A stretch of 64,000 nucleotides of DNA, from positions 46,688,001 through 46,752,000 of the forward strand of contig NW_024704742.1 of NCBI RefSeq assembly GCF_018977255.1, given 5' to 3'. Position numbers and translations under genes: made by a program. Shown here piece by piece: positions 25,981 to 38,994 of the stretch (positions are counted from its first letter, which is position 1; each line of letters opens with the position of its first letter). The notes beneath the pieces were generated by a model. The model was not told the origin of the DNA. It ran no database searches and saw nothing but the letters and a program-made list of their open reading frames with translations. This DNA comes from Callorhinchus milii (taxonomy: Eukaryota).

Positions 25981-27776
25981 ATCAGGAGCAAGAACCCTGG
26001 CTGATTTTTCCTTTCCTACTCAGCAAAGGTTAGTGATCAAACCCACAACCTTCTGCTTCAGATTCCTCCGTTGTTACATAGCAGAGTGCCTTTATCTATT
26101 GGACTCAGCATGCTCACATTAAAACATTTCAGATTAAAAGTGTTAATCAGCATTAGAATCGCTTCCCAAACTCCCCCACTGACTTCAGTTAAAGTAATGA
26201 AATTAAAAGGATAGAATCTGTTTTAAAAAGGTGGCTCTGGAAACCTTGTTCCACTATTTACATTGGGGAATAAGATGATTTGAAACTAGTTCACTGAGCT
26301 CCTAACAGAAGGTTAATATGAAAAATGCAATTCATCCTTCATCTCCAAAAGACATCTCCTGGGTTAGCTGCATTCTAATTAAAATGTAACTATGCCTACA
26401 TGTGAAGTTATTTGCATCTTACAAGCTCAGTAATCAGCTAGTCGCACTACTGATCAAGAATATTACCATATGAAGCAGCAATTCTGGTCTAAACTATTAC
26501 TCCTGCAACCTATTGCTCCTTTCCAGTAGGAAGTCCTGGCCGTTATGATAACAATAATCCTTATTATTTTACATAACACCTTTCACATCAGCAGAGCATT
26601 TCAAAGCACTTTACAGGATTTGCTGTAAAGTGGTTCGTAATACTGACTTTTATACAACTTTTACATTGTCTTTTGGAGGCAAACATTGCAGCCAATTTTG
26701 TGCCCACAACATATTTATTTATATCTGAGCAAATTCTCCCTCTAAATGAATACTCAGCCACAGAATTTCATCTAAACATAATGCCTTGTCATCATGAACA
26801 CTTAACCTTCAATAGAGGAAGGACTAATTTGTTGTAAAATACTTTGACCGCTGATAATGAGAGGAAGTTGATTTTTGAAAGAGATCTCCCAGCCAGATAC
26901 CATAGCTAAAATGAATGGATGAAAAAGAACTTCTCAAATGAAATTTGAGCTTGAACTATCCCCTTGCAATGTCAGGCTCACTATTTTCAAACCACAGTAG
27001 GTTTAATACAACAACAACAAATTACATTTGTATTGCGCCTTTCACGTTAGGCGGACAGCAAATGTCACTACAGCATCTTTTATCGATAATAAGCAAAATT
27101 AGATAATAATGTGGTTGCGACTATGCCTCATGCTACATTAACCACTGGGCACTTTGGCTGTTTCATAGGCTCTGCAAATAAACATAAACCTTCAGGAGGT
27201 GGCCTGCCGAGCATTCTCACTCGTCTAGATGAGTTTATTTTAAATCAATGTTTTGTTTCCATTTTTTTCTGAGTTAGACATTAATCAAAACATATTCAAT
27301 CGAGAAAATGAATTTAGCTACCCGACAAAATAGGTTGGCCGCCACTGATCTATACCAAACTATTGAGAGTTCAAAAACTTATGGAAATTATCATTTTGTC
27401 TGGTAATGGGATGTGCACCCTCTCCCTGGAGGGACACAATTTTCTAACCTAATCCCTGAAACTATGATCAGATTTGTAACAGCTTGTGAGTTGGGGTAGT
27501 ACTAAAGTTTAACATAGAACCACATAGCTTGCCATTGAAAAGACTCTGTAACAAACTTCCCCATGCTTGACCAGCTAGGACCTACTTCTTTTTTAGAGCT
27601 TTGGTTTGCTGAGTTAACAGGAACTCAGTGGAAAGAATCCCATTCCCAGTGACTAGTCTTCTCCTCTAAATCCTGCTGACTACCCAGGATAATTCCCCCA
27701 CGGAGAATCAGATATATCCCAGGCCAATCCTTAACACACATTCACAGAATTGACAATTTCCAATATGGGTTAACAT

Positions 27777-28073
27777 GGAGTCCTGTAGCTCAGTGGTTAG
27801 AGCACTCGCTTTGCAAGCGAGAGACCTGAGTTCAATTCCAGGCAAAGGGCGAAACCTTGGGCAAGTTTCCTTACTCCACACAGAGCCTGATAATAATCCC
27901 TCCAAAACCAAAAACAATAATAAATTGGTCATTTTCAATCTACGACTGTTTGTGGGACATTGCTGTGCACAGTCAATTCACTTTACAGTATATTCTGTGA
28001 AACACTTTGGGACGTCTAGAAGACGTGAAAAGCACTATAAACAAATGCAAGGATTATTATTATTATTATTATT
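27777..28073 (+). mobile_element. tRNA-Ala-derived SINE, short form (a 5' half copy lies on minus at 28316-28436)
   Basis: Head, body and (TTA)n tail as in other copies, with a small internal deletion. Confidence 0.9.
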
Positions 28074-30393
28074 AGCCAGGAGTGGCAGACCTTGCTGACT
28101 CCCCACCGTAACCCAGGAGCATTAATGTCAATTGGAGCACCTTCACCTCTCCAGGTGAGATCAGTTATAACTCAGCACAGATCAAGAATACATCCTGGGA
28201 ACAGCTAAGACTTTAATCATAGTAATATATTTATCAGTGCTTTTACCAACAACCTACATTCATATAGCATCATTTTTAATAGTTTTTTTTTAATACTTTA
28301 ATAGTTTTTTTTCTTGAAGGATTATTATCAGGCATGTGGAGTAAGGAAACCTGCCCAAGGTATCGCCCTGCCAGGAATTGAACTTAGGTTTCTCGCTTGC
28401 GAGGTGAGTGCTTTAACACTGAGCTACAGGACTCCACATTTAAATAGTCCCTTGGGACGTGCTCCCGATGTGAAAGGTGAAGCTTTACAAATGTAATTTG
28501 TTGTTGTTGGTTATGCACGATAGTGCCTCAGAGCACTGAAAGTAGCAAACAGCATGTTAGAAAATGGAACTAGCCAGAAACTTATCGCAATGGTTTTTTC
28601 CAGTTCTGTACATTACTATTGAAGCACTTGAAGGCGGCCTCTTGACATAAAAGGCGCTAAATCAAATCCCAAATTATTATTTATTTAGCTTTATGGAGGT
28701 ACTCAGAGTTCTTACTTTTTCAGCCCAAACACGATATTTGAGAATACAAAATAAGTCCAAAAATTAATTTTGAATGTTCTTCAATGCAGAAGAGAGTGAG
28801 TATTAGCCTTAATAATTGCAAGCACGCTGTATAATAGCTCTTCAAATATTTACTTTAAAAACAAACAATCCACAAAGTTGCACAACAGTTACACAATAGC
28901 AGCCAGGTAAAAATCTAATGGATTTTAAACAATCCTGCTGTCGGACCATCAAGAAAGGAGTAGCATAAAATGGATTGAGCCAAAGAGAAAATGCTTTTTA
29001 AAGCAATTCTTTGAATGCAAATTGAAATAGCTCTTGATCATCTGCTTTTTGGCTTTTAAACAACAGCTGCCGACGGCATTGAAGGCAAGACGATGTAAAC
29101 TAAGATTGGAACATTTTGGAAAACAACATAGAACACTGGAAAGAATTCTATGATTTTGATATTTTCAACAATAAAGGTTTAGACCACAACAAAAACTTCT
29201 ACTTGCGAACTTATATGTAATCTCATGGGAATGCATTGTCATCAGGTTGAGGACAAAAGCCATGATTAAAAATAACTTGTGTTATTAAAAAAACATAAAA
29301 AAGTGCATTGAGCAAGCTTCAATATAAAGCAAAACTTGCTGTCTAAACTTAATTGCTGTTTTGTCACGACTGTAGTTTACAACAATTAAATATACCAATG
29401 TTAAAACTGTGAAACTGACAGGTTTTCTGTAATGGTTCACATTTATAATCTATTGTTGAATGTACAACTGAAAGCAGTATTAAAGATTTTTTTCTTTTTG
29501 AGCATTTCTATTTAACAAAAACATGTCTTAGTTTGGGGCATTTAGTTTCTGTATTAATTAAAAACTATCAGGGAGGAGAGATGTTAGCCCTCCACACTTT
29601 CCTGGTCCCACTCCTTGCCATTCTAGCATCCTCACTATATCCTTTCTAATGGCTTCTCCTCCTGGCCCCATACAGCCAAGTGTGGCCTTTATCAGGGATC
29701 CATCCTCAGTCCTCTCCCTTTTTTTCATCTGCATACTCCCTCTTAGTGACATCATTTGCAGGCACAGGGTTCACAAATATCACCAACTCTCCCTTTCTAT
29801 CTGAGCTCTAGGCTCTAGCACCATTGGTGTTCAGACATCAGATTTATATAGTTTACACATTGCGCATTCTATACCTCATTGTCAACAACTTGGACCCCAT
29901 TGCCCTTCATGGAGGATATCAGGGATGGACGTTTAGCAAGCGAGAAAGGGGAAGGTGACCATAGACGCAGTTGAAGAGATAGGTTTTCTGATAGAATTTA
30001 AAGAAAGAGGGGAGAGGAGGAGGAATTGAGGCAAGGAGTTTGAGAGATTAGGGATAGCTCAAGGCTTGGCCACTGTGGTGGAGGTCGAGGGTCTGGGGAT
30101 GCGTATCAGGCTTGTGTTTAGCTAAACAAAGCTGTTTGTCAGAGGAATTGGGTACAAGCAGTTCAGATTTACACCACATGATGAGCTCCATACAGACAGC
30201 TGTGATGAATTAATAATATGATGGATCAGGGTCGATGGGTTCAATAACCCTCTTTTGTTCCTAATTTTGTAAAATCCCAGATCAACAAATCTGCCCCTCC
30301 CTCCTTCCCTCCAGAAAAGAGGAAATAAATATTCAGTACGCAAAACGCTCAAGTCAAACCTAAAATAATGCCGAATATAAAACGCAACTGCAC

Positions 30394-31313
30394 CTGTTGT
30401 CTGCAGCACAGAGCGGTACAGCCTGTGCCGCACATAGGCTGGGAAGCTCTGCAGGGGGCCTGTTCCTCAGATCAGATTCCCTCGAAGTTCCCATAAGAGT
30501 CTGGTCTGGAACAATCTGTATTCCATCATACAAAGCATTCGCTCTCATTTCTCCTCTGAATTCAAAGAAAGGAGAGGTTGGTGTTTGATCGGCTTCCACT
30601 GAAGTCTCTTTTGTAGAAGTGCAATCTGAAGAATCAGCAGAAGCAGAAGGCAACTGTGCCTTATCCCCAGTGAATGGGAGAGGGGGAGTGCCCTGATTCA
30701 CCCGCGGTGGAAGTGGTGGGCGACCATCGGCTGGATTATCCTTCTTCACGTCGCCCTGTTGTTCGCATGAACTGAAAGAGGAATCCTCGGGCTCAGGAAT
30801 ATGCAGTTTTAGGCCTTTGCCATGTGAACATTTCTGCTGTCCTTCAACCTGCGCCACTTGAGGAGGCTGAAATGTGTTCCTTTTTGAGATGACACATCCA
30901 TCAGAGTGCGCTGGGTCGGGGCGATCTGAAGTTAAACCACTTTTAGCATAAATCCTTCTCGGCTTTGACACAGGAGTGCTTTTTTCAATCTCTTCTATTG
31001 CAGGTGGACTGCGTAAAGCAACACCCTGATTGTCGCTGTCTCGCTTATTGCCTTTGTTCTCCTGTTTATCAAGAGCTTGGGATCCCACTGCCTCGTCTTG
31101 CATTGGTGGAAACTCACAGAACAGTTGTCTAAGTATTCTCTTACGGTGTCCGGTCGGAGCAATCCCGAGTTCAAGAAGAGTCTCATTGTTTACGTGCTCA
31201 CAGGCCCCTACTGTGCAGTAGCCAGACTCTTTGAAATGAATTGTGTACTGCTCCAGATGAATACCGGTCAGCCAGTCTGCGATGTCCCTGCCAGCCTCAC
31301 TGGATGATGACAT
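30394..31313 (-). CDS. ARAP2: ARAP2 first coding exon (exon 2; full exon 31495-30394): N-terminal SAM domain plus Pro-rich linker
   Basis: Translates as MSSSSEAGRDIADWLTGIHLEQYTIHFKESGY...LGIAPTGHRKRILRQL, a SAM domain closely matching the vertebrate ARAP2 N-terminus as I recall it. ATG at 31313 is in CACCACCATG context. Acceptor CTAAC..TTTTTTTTAG| gives exon start 31495; donor AG|GTGCAG at 30394 is phase 2. Confidence 0.93.
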
Positions 31314-32810
31314 GGTGGTGATTTCAGTCCCATTCCAGCCTTCCCTCTGCACAATTCACATTCTCTAACGTAAACACAAGCTTACTGCAGCCGAACGATT
31401 TCATAACTTGTCTGAAGCACTGCATCTGATGTGGAACTTGCCATCATAGTGGGAAGTAGCCTTGCTTCCTCATTCAGACGAAAAGAATCACTTTACTAAA
31501 AAAAATCAAGACAAAAGCGTTAGTTTGACCACAGAAGATATTTTTTTCCAAGAAACAAACGTGATGCTCTATATAAAATGACATGTAACCTGGGCGTGGT
31601 TTCCATCCGTAGCTATCCTTCCTACCTTACACCCAGTTCTGCTTTCCTTCATCCCCGTCACATTACTCACCTCCGTCCATACCTCACACCGAATGCAGCC
31701 GAAACCCTCGTCTACGCCTTTGTCACCTCCCGCCTTGGCTATTCAAATGTCCTCCATGCCCATCTCCCCAGCTGTAACAGGAACAGAGTAGGTCATTCTG
31801 AAAGGGTTACATCAAATGGGCAAAAGAGTCTTCTTCATCTAAACCCCTCTCCTCTCATCATCTTGCATCATTCCCTGTGGAATGAGGCTCTGAGCTTTGA
31901 AGGAATTGAGAGCAGAGATATTGATGCAAGTCTCTTTATCCACCAGGACACATTGAAACCTGCTAACTCTCCACACAATTAACAGGATTTGTTCAGTTCC
32001 TCAAACCTTTGCATTGCAGAGTTCAGACCTTCATACTCTTCAAACACTAACCTGTACTTTGTATAACCTGTTCTGCAGAATTATTGCAATGCAGGTGCTG
32101 AACAAACTGATGAATACACTGTTATAATTAGGGCTTCTAATTTTCAGTTTATTTTTAGCAATTTTAGAATCTTTATAAATCAGTAGTTGTCGGGGCTTTT
32201 GATACTATAAAGAGAAGACATGGCTGTGCACACGCGTGAGAGCGAGCATGCCTCCCTCCGCTCAATTGCTTCACCAGACGCACCTATGCACACAACAACA
32301 AGCATTTATATAGCGCCCTTCACTCCAGATGGCACACAGGCGAGAGGGACAAGCAGAGAGCGACAAATGTACAGTTGGTACACCAGAACGTCGCCGAGAG
32401 AAAAAGAGAACCTAATCTGCGAGATAAGCAACCATTTATTGCATAAACACCAATTTCATTGTTTTTGTATCAGAGTATTTTATTGTTTATCGGTTAAAAA
32501 TGAAAATCAGAAACCCCAGTTTTAATGATTGTCAGACAGCTTTACTTTTTTTGTTGTTTTCCCCACTCTTGTTTTCCACCACCATTCCTCTCAGCTCCAC
32601 CTCACAGTTCTGTCATTTCCTGGTTTCATTCTCCCTACTTCTCTGCTCACGCCTTCTCCTCCCGCCCGAAAGGTGCGGTGTTCCTCAGGGCACTACCCTC
32701 TCGCTCAGTGATGTCATCTGCAAGCATGGGGTTAACTTCCCCATGTATGCAGATGGCACCCATCTCTATGTCTTTGCTTCCACCCATGATTCCGGCATCC
32801 CTGCCGACCC

Positions 32811-33634
32811 TGTTCGACCCTGAGCTGTCCTTTCTTTTGTTCGACCCTGAGCTGTCCTTTCTCCCTCACATCCGCACTACAACTGGCACCGCCTTCCATC
32901 ACCTTCGGAACATCGCCAGACTACGGCACTACCTCACCCCTCACGCTGCTGAAACCCTGGTCCACGCCTTTGTCACCTCAAGGCTGGACTATGGGAACTC
33001 TCTCCTCGCCGGCCTTCCCGCCACCTCCCTCCACAAGCTGCAGGTCATTCAGAACTCTGCAGCTCGTGTACTGTCCCGCACCAGGCTTCGGGACCACATC
33101 ACTCCCACCCTCGCTCACCTCCACTGGCTCCCCATCCCCCAGAGGATCGAATTCAAGATCCTCATCTTCACCTACAAGGCCATTCACGGCCTCGCTCCCT
33201 CCTACCTCTCTGACCTACTATCCCCCTACCTACCTGCCCGTACCCTCCGTTCCTCTGGCTCTGGTCTGCTCCACGTCCCCCGCCCCAACCGCCCTACCAT
33301 CGGTGGTCGGGCCTTCAGCCTCTCAGCCCCGAGGCTCTGGAACTCCATTCCCCAGTGCCTTCGCCGCCTCCTCCCTTTCCTCCTTCAAGGCCGGTCTCAA
33401 AACCTTTCTCTTTGACCGTGCCTTCAGCTCCCCTCTCGACTCTCTTCCCCCTCCTCGCTCTCTCCCTTCCCTCCCCTCACCCTGACCATTTCCCCCCTCC
33501 TTGCTCCCTCCCTTCCCTCACCCTGACCATTTCCCCCCTGCTCGGGTCATGACCCAACTGTGCAGCGCCTTGGGACGTCCTCCTGACGTGAAAGGCGCTT
33601 TATAAATGGAATCTTGTTGTTGTTGTTGTTGTTG
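32811..33634 (+). mobile_element. L2 LINE 3' portion, young subfamily, nested in an older L2 (32640-32810 and 33635-34310)
   Basis: Near-identical to the reverse complement of 5780-6535; (TTG)n tail. The older L2 RT sequence resumes at 33635 (CLSDIKSWMRTNFLQLN). Confidence 0.93.
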
Positions 33635-35907
33635 CCTTGACTAGTTGTCTGTCGGACATCAAGTCCTGGATGAGAACCAATTTTCTTCAGTTGAATGTCA
33701 GCAAGACAGGCATCCTCCTTCTTGGCTCCAGTCAACACCTTCTCACCTCAGATGCTGATAGCATCAAACTACACAATGCACACTTAAGCTCACAGAGCGA
33801 GTGCAAAACCTCAGTGTTATGTTTGACTCTCAACTGTGCTTTAAACCCTACATCCGTACTCTGACCTCTCCTCTCAGGCAGCCGAGACCATTATTCATCC
33901 AGGCAACTCTGTGGAAGCTAAACTTTGCAACTCTTCCCTCCACCAAGAACTCTGCAGCTCCTGTCCTCTCCCGCACCACTTCCACGAGCCAATCACCCCC
34001 ATCCTTGTCTGGCTCCACTGGCTCCCCATTCCCCAGAGGATAGAATTCAACATCCTCGTACTTTTAAAGCCTTCCAACGTCTTGCTCCACCCTACCTTTG
34101 CAACCTTACCAACCTGCCCGCTACCTACACTCAGCATGCACTGGCCTGCTTCACATCACCCGCCCTGCCAGCCCCACCATCGGTGGTTGGGCTTTGAGCC
34201 TATCTGCCCCCACTGTCTGGAACGCCATTCAGGAATCCCTTCACCTCACTCCTTCCCTCACCGCTTCGAGGTCTGTCTTAAGACCTTTCTCTTTGACTAC
34301 TATTTTGACCATGAGTCATTAGCTCACTTATGTAGCATATTGTGATAATCTTTCGAATTATTCACAAAGAATATTTTAATTTTTTTAAAAACCTCTACAT
34401 ATTACTGTTCCAAAGACACAGACTGTCATTAGCGTTTGCAAAAGATCACTTTCTCTTTCAGGTGCTATTTTTTGAAATGGGTAAAATCGTATCAGCCTGT
34501 AACCTGAAAGTATATCTGACATAGTGAATAAAATGTCCCACTGCAGGTCAGTATGTGTGGCTTTACACTAATACAACACTGAACTATACTGTACAAACTA
34601 GCTCTGGTATGAGATTTTTGTGAAGTTCTCTGGCATTGTGTGCCATGCACACTATCACCAGGTCCAAATTAGGTGTGGTGTAGTTTTGTGGTAAAATGAA
34701 TATTCTATTTTTATTCACTTCCACCTGTAATGTTCTTCCGTGTATGATAAAATACTTCCTAGAAGTTTCACAAGCACGCCAGATGCCTTGGTGCTCCCTT
34801 ACTGCTGCGAATGATAAAAACTTCAACCTACTCCAGAGCAGAGGGAGCACAAAAGAATAAAGAGCCAATTAACCCAGTAAAACAGGTGGAGATTTAGTGG
34901 ATAAAACAGATCCGTGAAAGAAAAAACATCAAAAATAAAATGGGCACACTACTGAGCCACTGTGAGTGACTCAATGTGCGTGGAATATCGATGTGTTTAC
35001 ACTAGCACTGGATCCATTCCTATCTCCCGATGAGCATGTTCACACATTCCAAGAGTGAGTAGACATCAAGAATTATTCAACTGCCTCAGGGTCTTTAGGG
35101 GCAGTGACACAGCACCTTCAGTAAGCCTATCATTAGAATCCACTGCATCTCTAAAAATGATTCACTCTCATGGCGTTTTGTGATCATTTAAGTCCTTCCT
35201 TCCCCAATCTATTCTTTGGAACCGCAAAACAAAATGGAGGGAAAAGAAACTTAACTTGTTTTGCTCATTTGCTTTTTTAATGTTGTGTGTATGAAACCAG
35301 CTAAGGGCTAATTATCAAACTGTAGAAGACACTAAACCTGACCAGATAAGTGCATCACCACATTCCACACATCCTTTAAAGTGTAAATAAAGACAAGCAG
35401 TGACTAAGGTAGTTGCATGAAAGCCCAGCACACTGAACAAAAAAACATACACACTTTGTCACTAATACAGTATCAAGCATCAAAACTACAGTGTAGCATA
35501 ATAATAATCCTTCCATTTGCATAGCGCCTCATCACATCTTCGAGATATCTCAAAGCACTTCACAGAATATAGTGTAAAGTGAATTTACTGTATGCTTTGT
35601 GAGTGGAACGTGGCAGCCAATTTCACACAGCTGTGTCAAACATATAGTCTTGGATTGAGTGACCAAATTTATTCATTTTAAAATTTATTTGGAGGACGAC
35701 AGTTTGGAGTTTTTTATTGTTTGGAGGACAGCAATTTTTGTACTCATAAATGACTGTTTGTTTCCTAGAACAAACCACTCCAATTTGAGATGAAGACTTT
35801 TCTATCTGGATGAAAAAAATCCCAAATCCTAAAGGTGTTGTATATTACCCCAAACATTACATAATGAGAAACTGACAAAGCATAAATTATTTGATCCTTT
35901 ATTCACA

Positions 35908-36275
35908 CAATAATAATCCTTGCATCTGATATATAATGCCTTATCACATAGTTGAGAACAAAACAAAATGCTTTGTAGAACATGCTTTAAAGTGAATTGA
36001 CTGTATATTTTGTGGGCGAAATGCGGCAGCCAATTATACAAAGACTGCCCACAATCAGTCATGGATTGAGTGACCAATTTTTTATTTCTTTTAATTTTTA
36101 AGGGATTATTAACCCCGGAAAGCCATTAGCACAATCGACTAACAACCGGGTTCCCACTTACTGCTTAGTAAACAGAGGCGTGTGGAGTAATGAATCTTAC
36201 CCAATGTTTCATTCACCCTGCCCAGGAAGCAAACCCAGGTCTTCTCGTTTGCGAGGCAATGCTCTAATTAATATT
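35908..36275 (-). mobile_element. tRNA-derived SINE, long form
   Basis: Contains the extra central segment CTGTTTAC..CGGTTGTTAGTCGA..TTCCGGGG. Confidence 0.8.
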
Positions 36276-36945
36276 CTACAATACAAAGAGATATTATTCT
36301 CCCTCCCACACCACCCAACATTTCAAGACCAACAACTTGCACTTATTGTGTATAGCGCCTTTCATGTAGTTAACCATCTCAAAGTGCTTTAGATAGTTGG
36401 GAAAAAGGCTATTTTTTTTCAAAGAACTAACATCTACTAGCACGTGCGTTCCTCACATTGGGGAAATGAGTTGTAAAGCTGCAGTGGTTCTAATGTGAAT
36501 TCCCAGTGCTGCTGTAAATAAAAAAAATGCAACACAAACACGGCAGTTTTTACAGCAGGAGGCTGTAGCCACTATTGCAGAACCACTTCCTTAAGCGGTT
36601 CTGCAATAACTTTTTGATCCCCAGTTGTGAAACCCAAATGAAGAATGGGATACAACCGAGCTTGTAAGTATTAGGAACAACAAGATAACAGACAAGTCCA
36701 ATAGGGACTAAGCTCTGTCAAGTTTGGGCTTTAAAAACCAAGACATTGTAAGAAAAAAAACTTTTATAGCACATATATCACATAGAAACATTTCAAGCAT
36801 TTCACATGCAGTGACTGGTTTTGTAGACAAATAGGGAAGCTATTTACACCAGATGGTCCTGCAAACTGCCACATGAGGCAAATGACCAATTAATCTGGAG
36901 GACTGTTGGGTAATTTATTTCTCTTTTTATAAAGTATTATGGATA

Positions 36946-37628
36946 CAGTGGAAGCCGATTAAACCGGACACATTGAGGCTGGCCGTTTTGTCCGGCTTAA
37001 TAATAATAATAATCCTTGCATTTGATATAACGCCTTGTCACGTCTTCGAGACGTCTCAAAGCGCTTCACAGGATACAATGTAAAGTGAATTGACTGTATA
37101 TTTTGTGGACGAAACACGGCAGCCAATTGCGCACAGCAGTGTCCCACAAACAGTCGTGGATTAAGTGACCAAATTTTTTTAATAAAAAAACGGTATCTGA
37201 GGGTAACCAAGGTTCCATTACCTATTCCCACCCAACAGAGGAGTGGTGGCACCTCCTCCCTCCTATTGCCGTTCCCACGGGACAGGAAGGGGACCAATTG
37301 CCAGTGCCTGCGAGGTGATTGACAGTCTTGGAGCAGCTTGAGAATGGATGGGCTCCATTCCAGCTGTCAGTCAATCACAGTTTGACTCCTCTCATCTCAA
37401 TCCCAGAGCCGGTCATCGCTGAATGGAGCCGATCGAGACATCGAAGTCGCGAGTGCGTTCATCCAGCAGCGACTAGCGCCACATTTTGTCCAGAGTAACC
37501 GGATTGCTGTACGAATTAACCGGCATATTTAAAACGGGTAAGAATGCAAATGAATGGGGGCTGAGGGTTTCGTCCAATTTACCCGGCATCCGAGATTAAC
37601 CGGTGTCTGGTGAAAGCGATTTCCACTG
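36946..37628. mobile_element. Tigger/pogo-like MITE with a nested SINE fragment (~36998-37190)
   Basis: TA|CAGTGGAAGCCGATTAAACCGGACAC ... GTGTCTGGTGAAAGCGATTTCCACTG form imperfect TIRs. Confidence 0.7.
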
Positions 37629-38994
37629 AATTTAACTTCCATCTGAAACAGGCAGACAGTCCATCGATTTAATATCTGATCTAAGGGCATCCTCCTTGAT
37701 GATACAATATTCCACTACAACAAAACAACTTGCAATTACAGTATATAGCATCCCTTCAAAGAGGACAATGTCTCAAAGAGCACTTAAACTACTACTTGTA
37801 CTGCACTGGAGCGCAAGCCTAGAATAAAAGCTCTAAACACAGGGCTTGAACACACAACGTTCTGACCCAGAGGCAAGAATGTCACAAACTGCCTTAAACT
37901 GACCTTCTTGGAGGAAGGGAGGCAGATAGGTAAGGATACTCACAGTTGTGATAGAGTGGGGATGAATCAATCAATAAAGAATAAATAAGATGATTACAGC
38001 ATAGTAAAAATGAAGAGTGTGTAAGATGATAAAGGCACAGTTCAGAGAAGTACTGAGCATAAAACAGAAAGACAGGAAAAATTTAAAGGTATAAAGGAGG
38101 TGAGAGGCATGGGAAGAAACAAACAAAAAATTCTATCAAAGTGTATAGGAGGTGATGGAGCAGCTTTCCCCATATATTATAATAACATAATAATAATTAT
38201 TAACCTGAGCTGCTTGGAAACAGCTTTTAGCAATAAAAATATGGAAATTCGATTGAAATCAGAGGAGAAAGGAGCCAAAAATGTTGATAGATGAAGGATT
38301 AAGCGTGTAGCCACCAAAGGTAAAAAGATGGTAGCAGTTGGCTAAAGTTACAAATAAGAAATTGTGTCTTTGGGGAACAAAATCAATGGAACAGTTTTAA
38401 ATCTAAATCGGTAGAAACGTGGGTGGGGGTGGAAACCTTATCAAAAGGATCACTGAACACAACCTAATACTGAAACCTCAAAACATCAGCTAGAAGCAGC
38501 AACAGCTTAATCATGGGCATGACAGATTCTGCAGAATACGCTTACATTAACGCTACAAAAACAACTAACAAGGGATTGGTTCATAACTGAATTTGTCAGA
38601 ACGTTCAGTGCTAGTTCTCTTTTGCAGCTCCCCATTATGTCCATTCTTTCAATACGGGTCTACAGGCCGAGTGTCAGCACATTCACCCATTGCAACACTG
38701 AAGAGCCAAATCTTTCATTCTCACAAAACACACAAGAAACATATGCACACACACACACACACACATTTTCCAGGAAAGATCATACATATAGGAGGGAGAA
38801 GGAAAAGAGGGAGAAGGAGGAAAAGGGGTGTTGTAGGGCTGAGGACTTGTGTGGAATAGAAACACTGACACAGACAAGTTGAGCCGCATGGTGTTTTTGG
38901 CGCTGGATCATTCTATGTGATTCTATATCAACCCAACCTCACCCCTCACTCACCCAGAGTCAAAATCCACATAGGCTCTGTTTTGGCTGGTCTT

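Noticed and set aside
27777..27850. tRNA-Ala(TGC) gene (also at 783, 20984, 40099, 43099)
   Set aside because: Imperfect T arm and acceptor stem, and always attached to the same SINE body; these are SINE heads.
31314..31352. 13-codon N-terminal extension of ARAP2 from the ORF track
   Set aside because: Starts at GTG; similarity and Kozak context point to the ATG at 31313.
32525..33415. 296-aa ORF as an intact or domesticated RT
   Set aside because: Chimera of an old L2 and a nested young L2 3' end; lacks most of the RT and frameshifts at its end.
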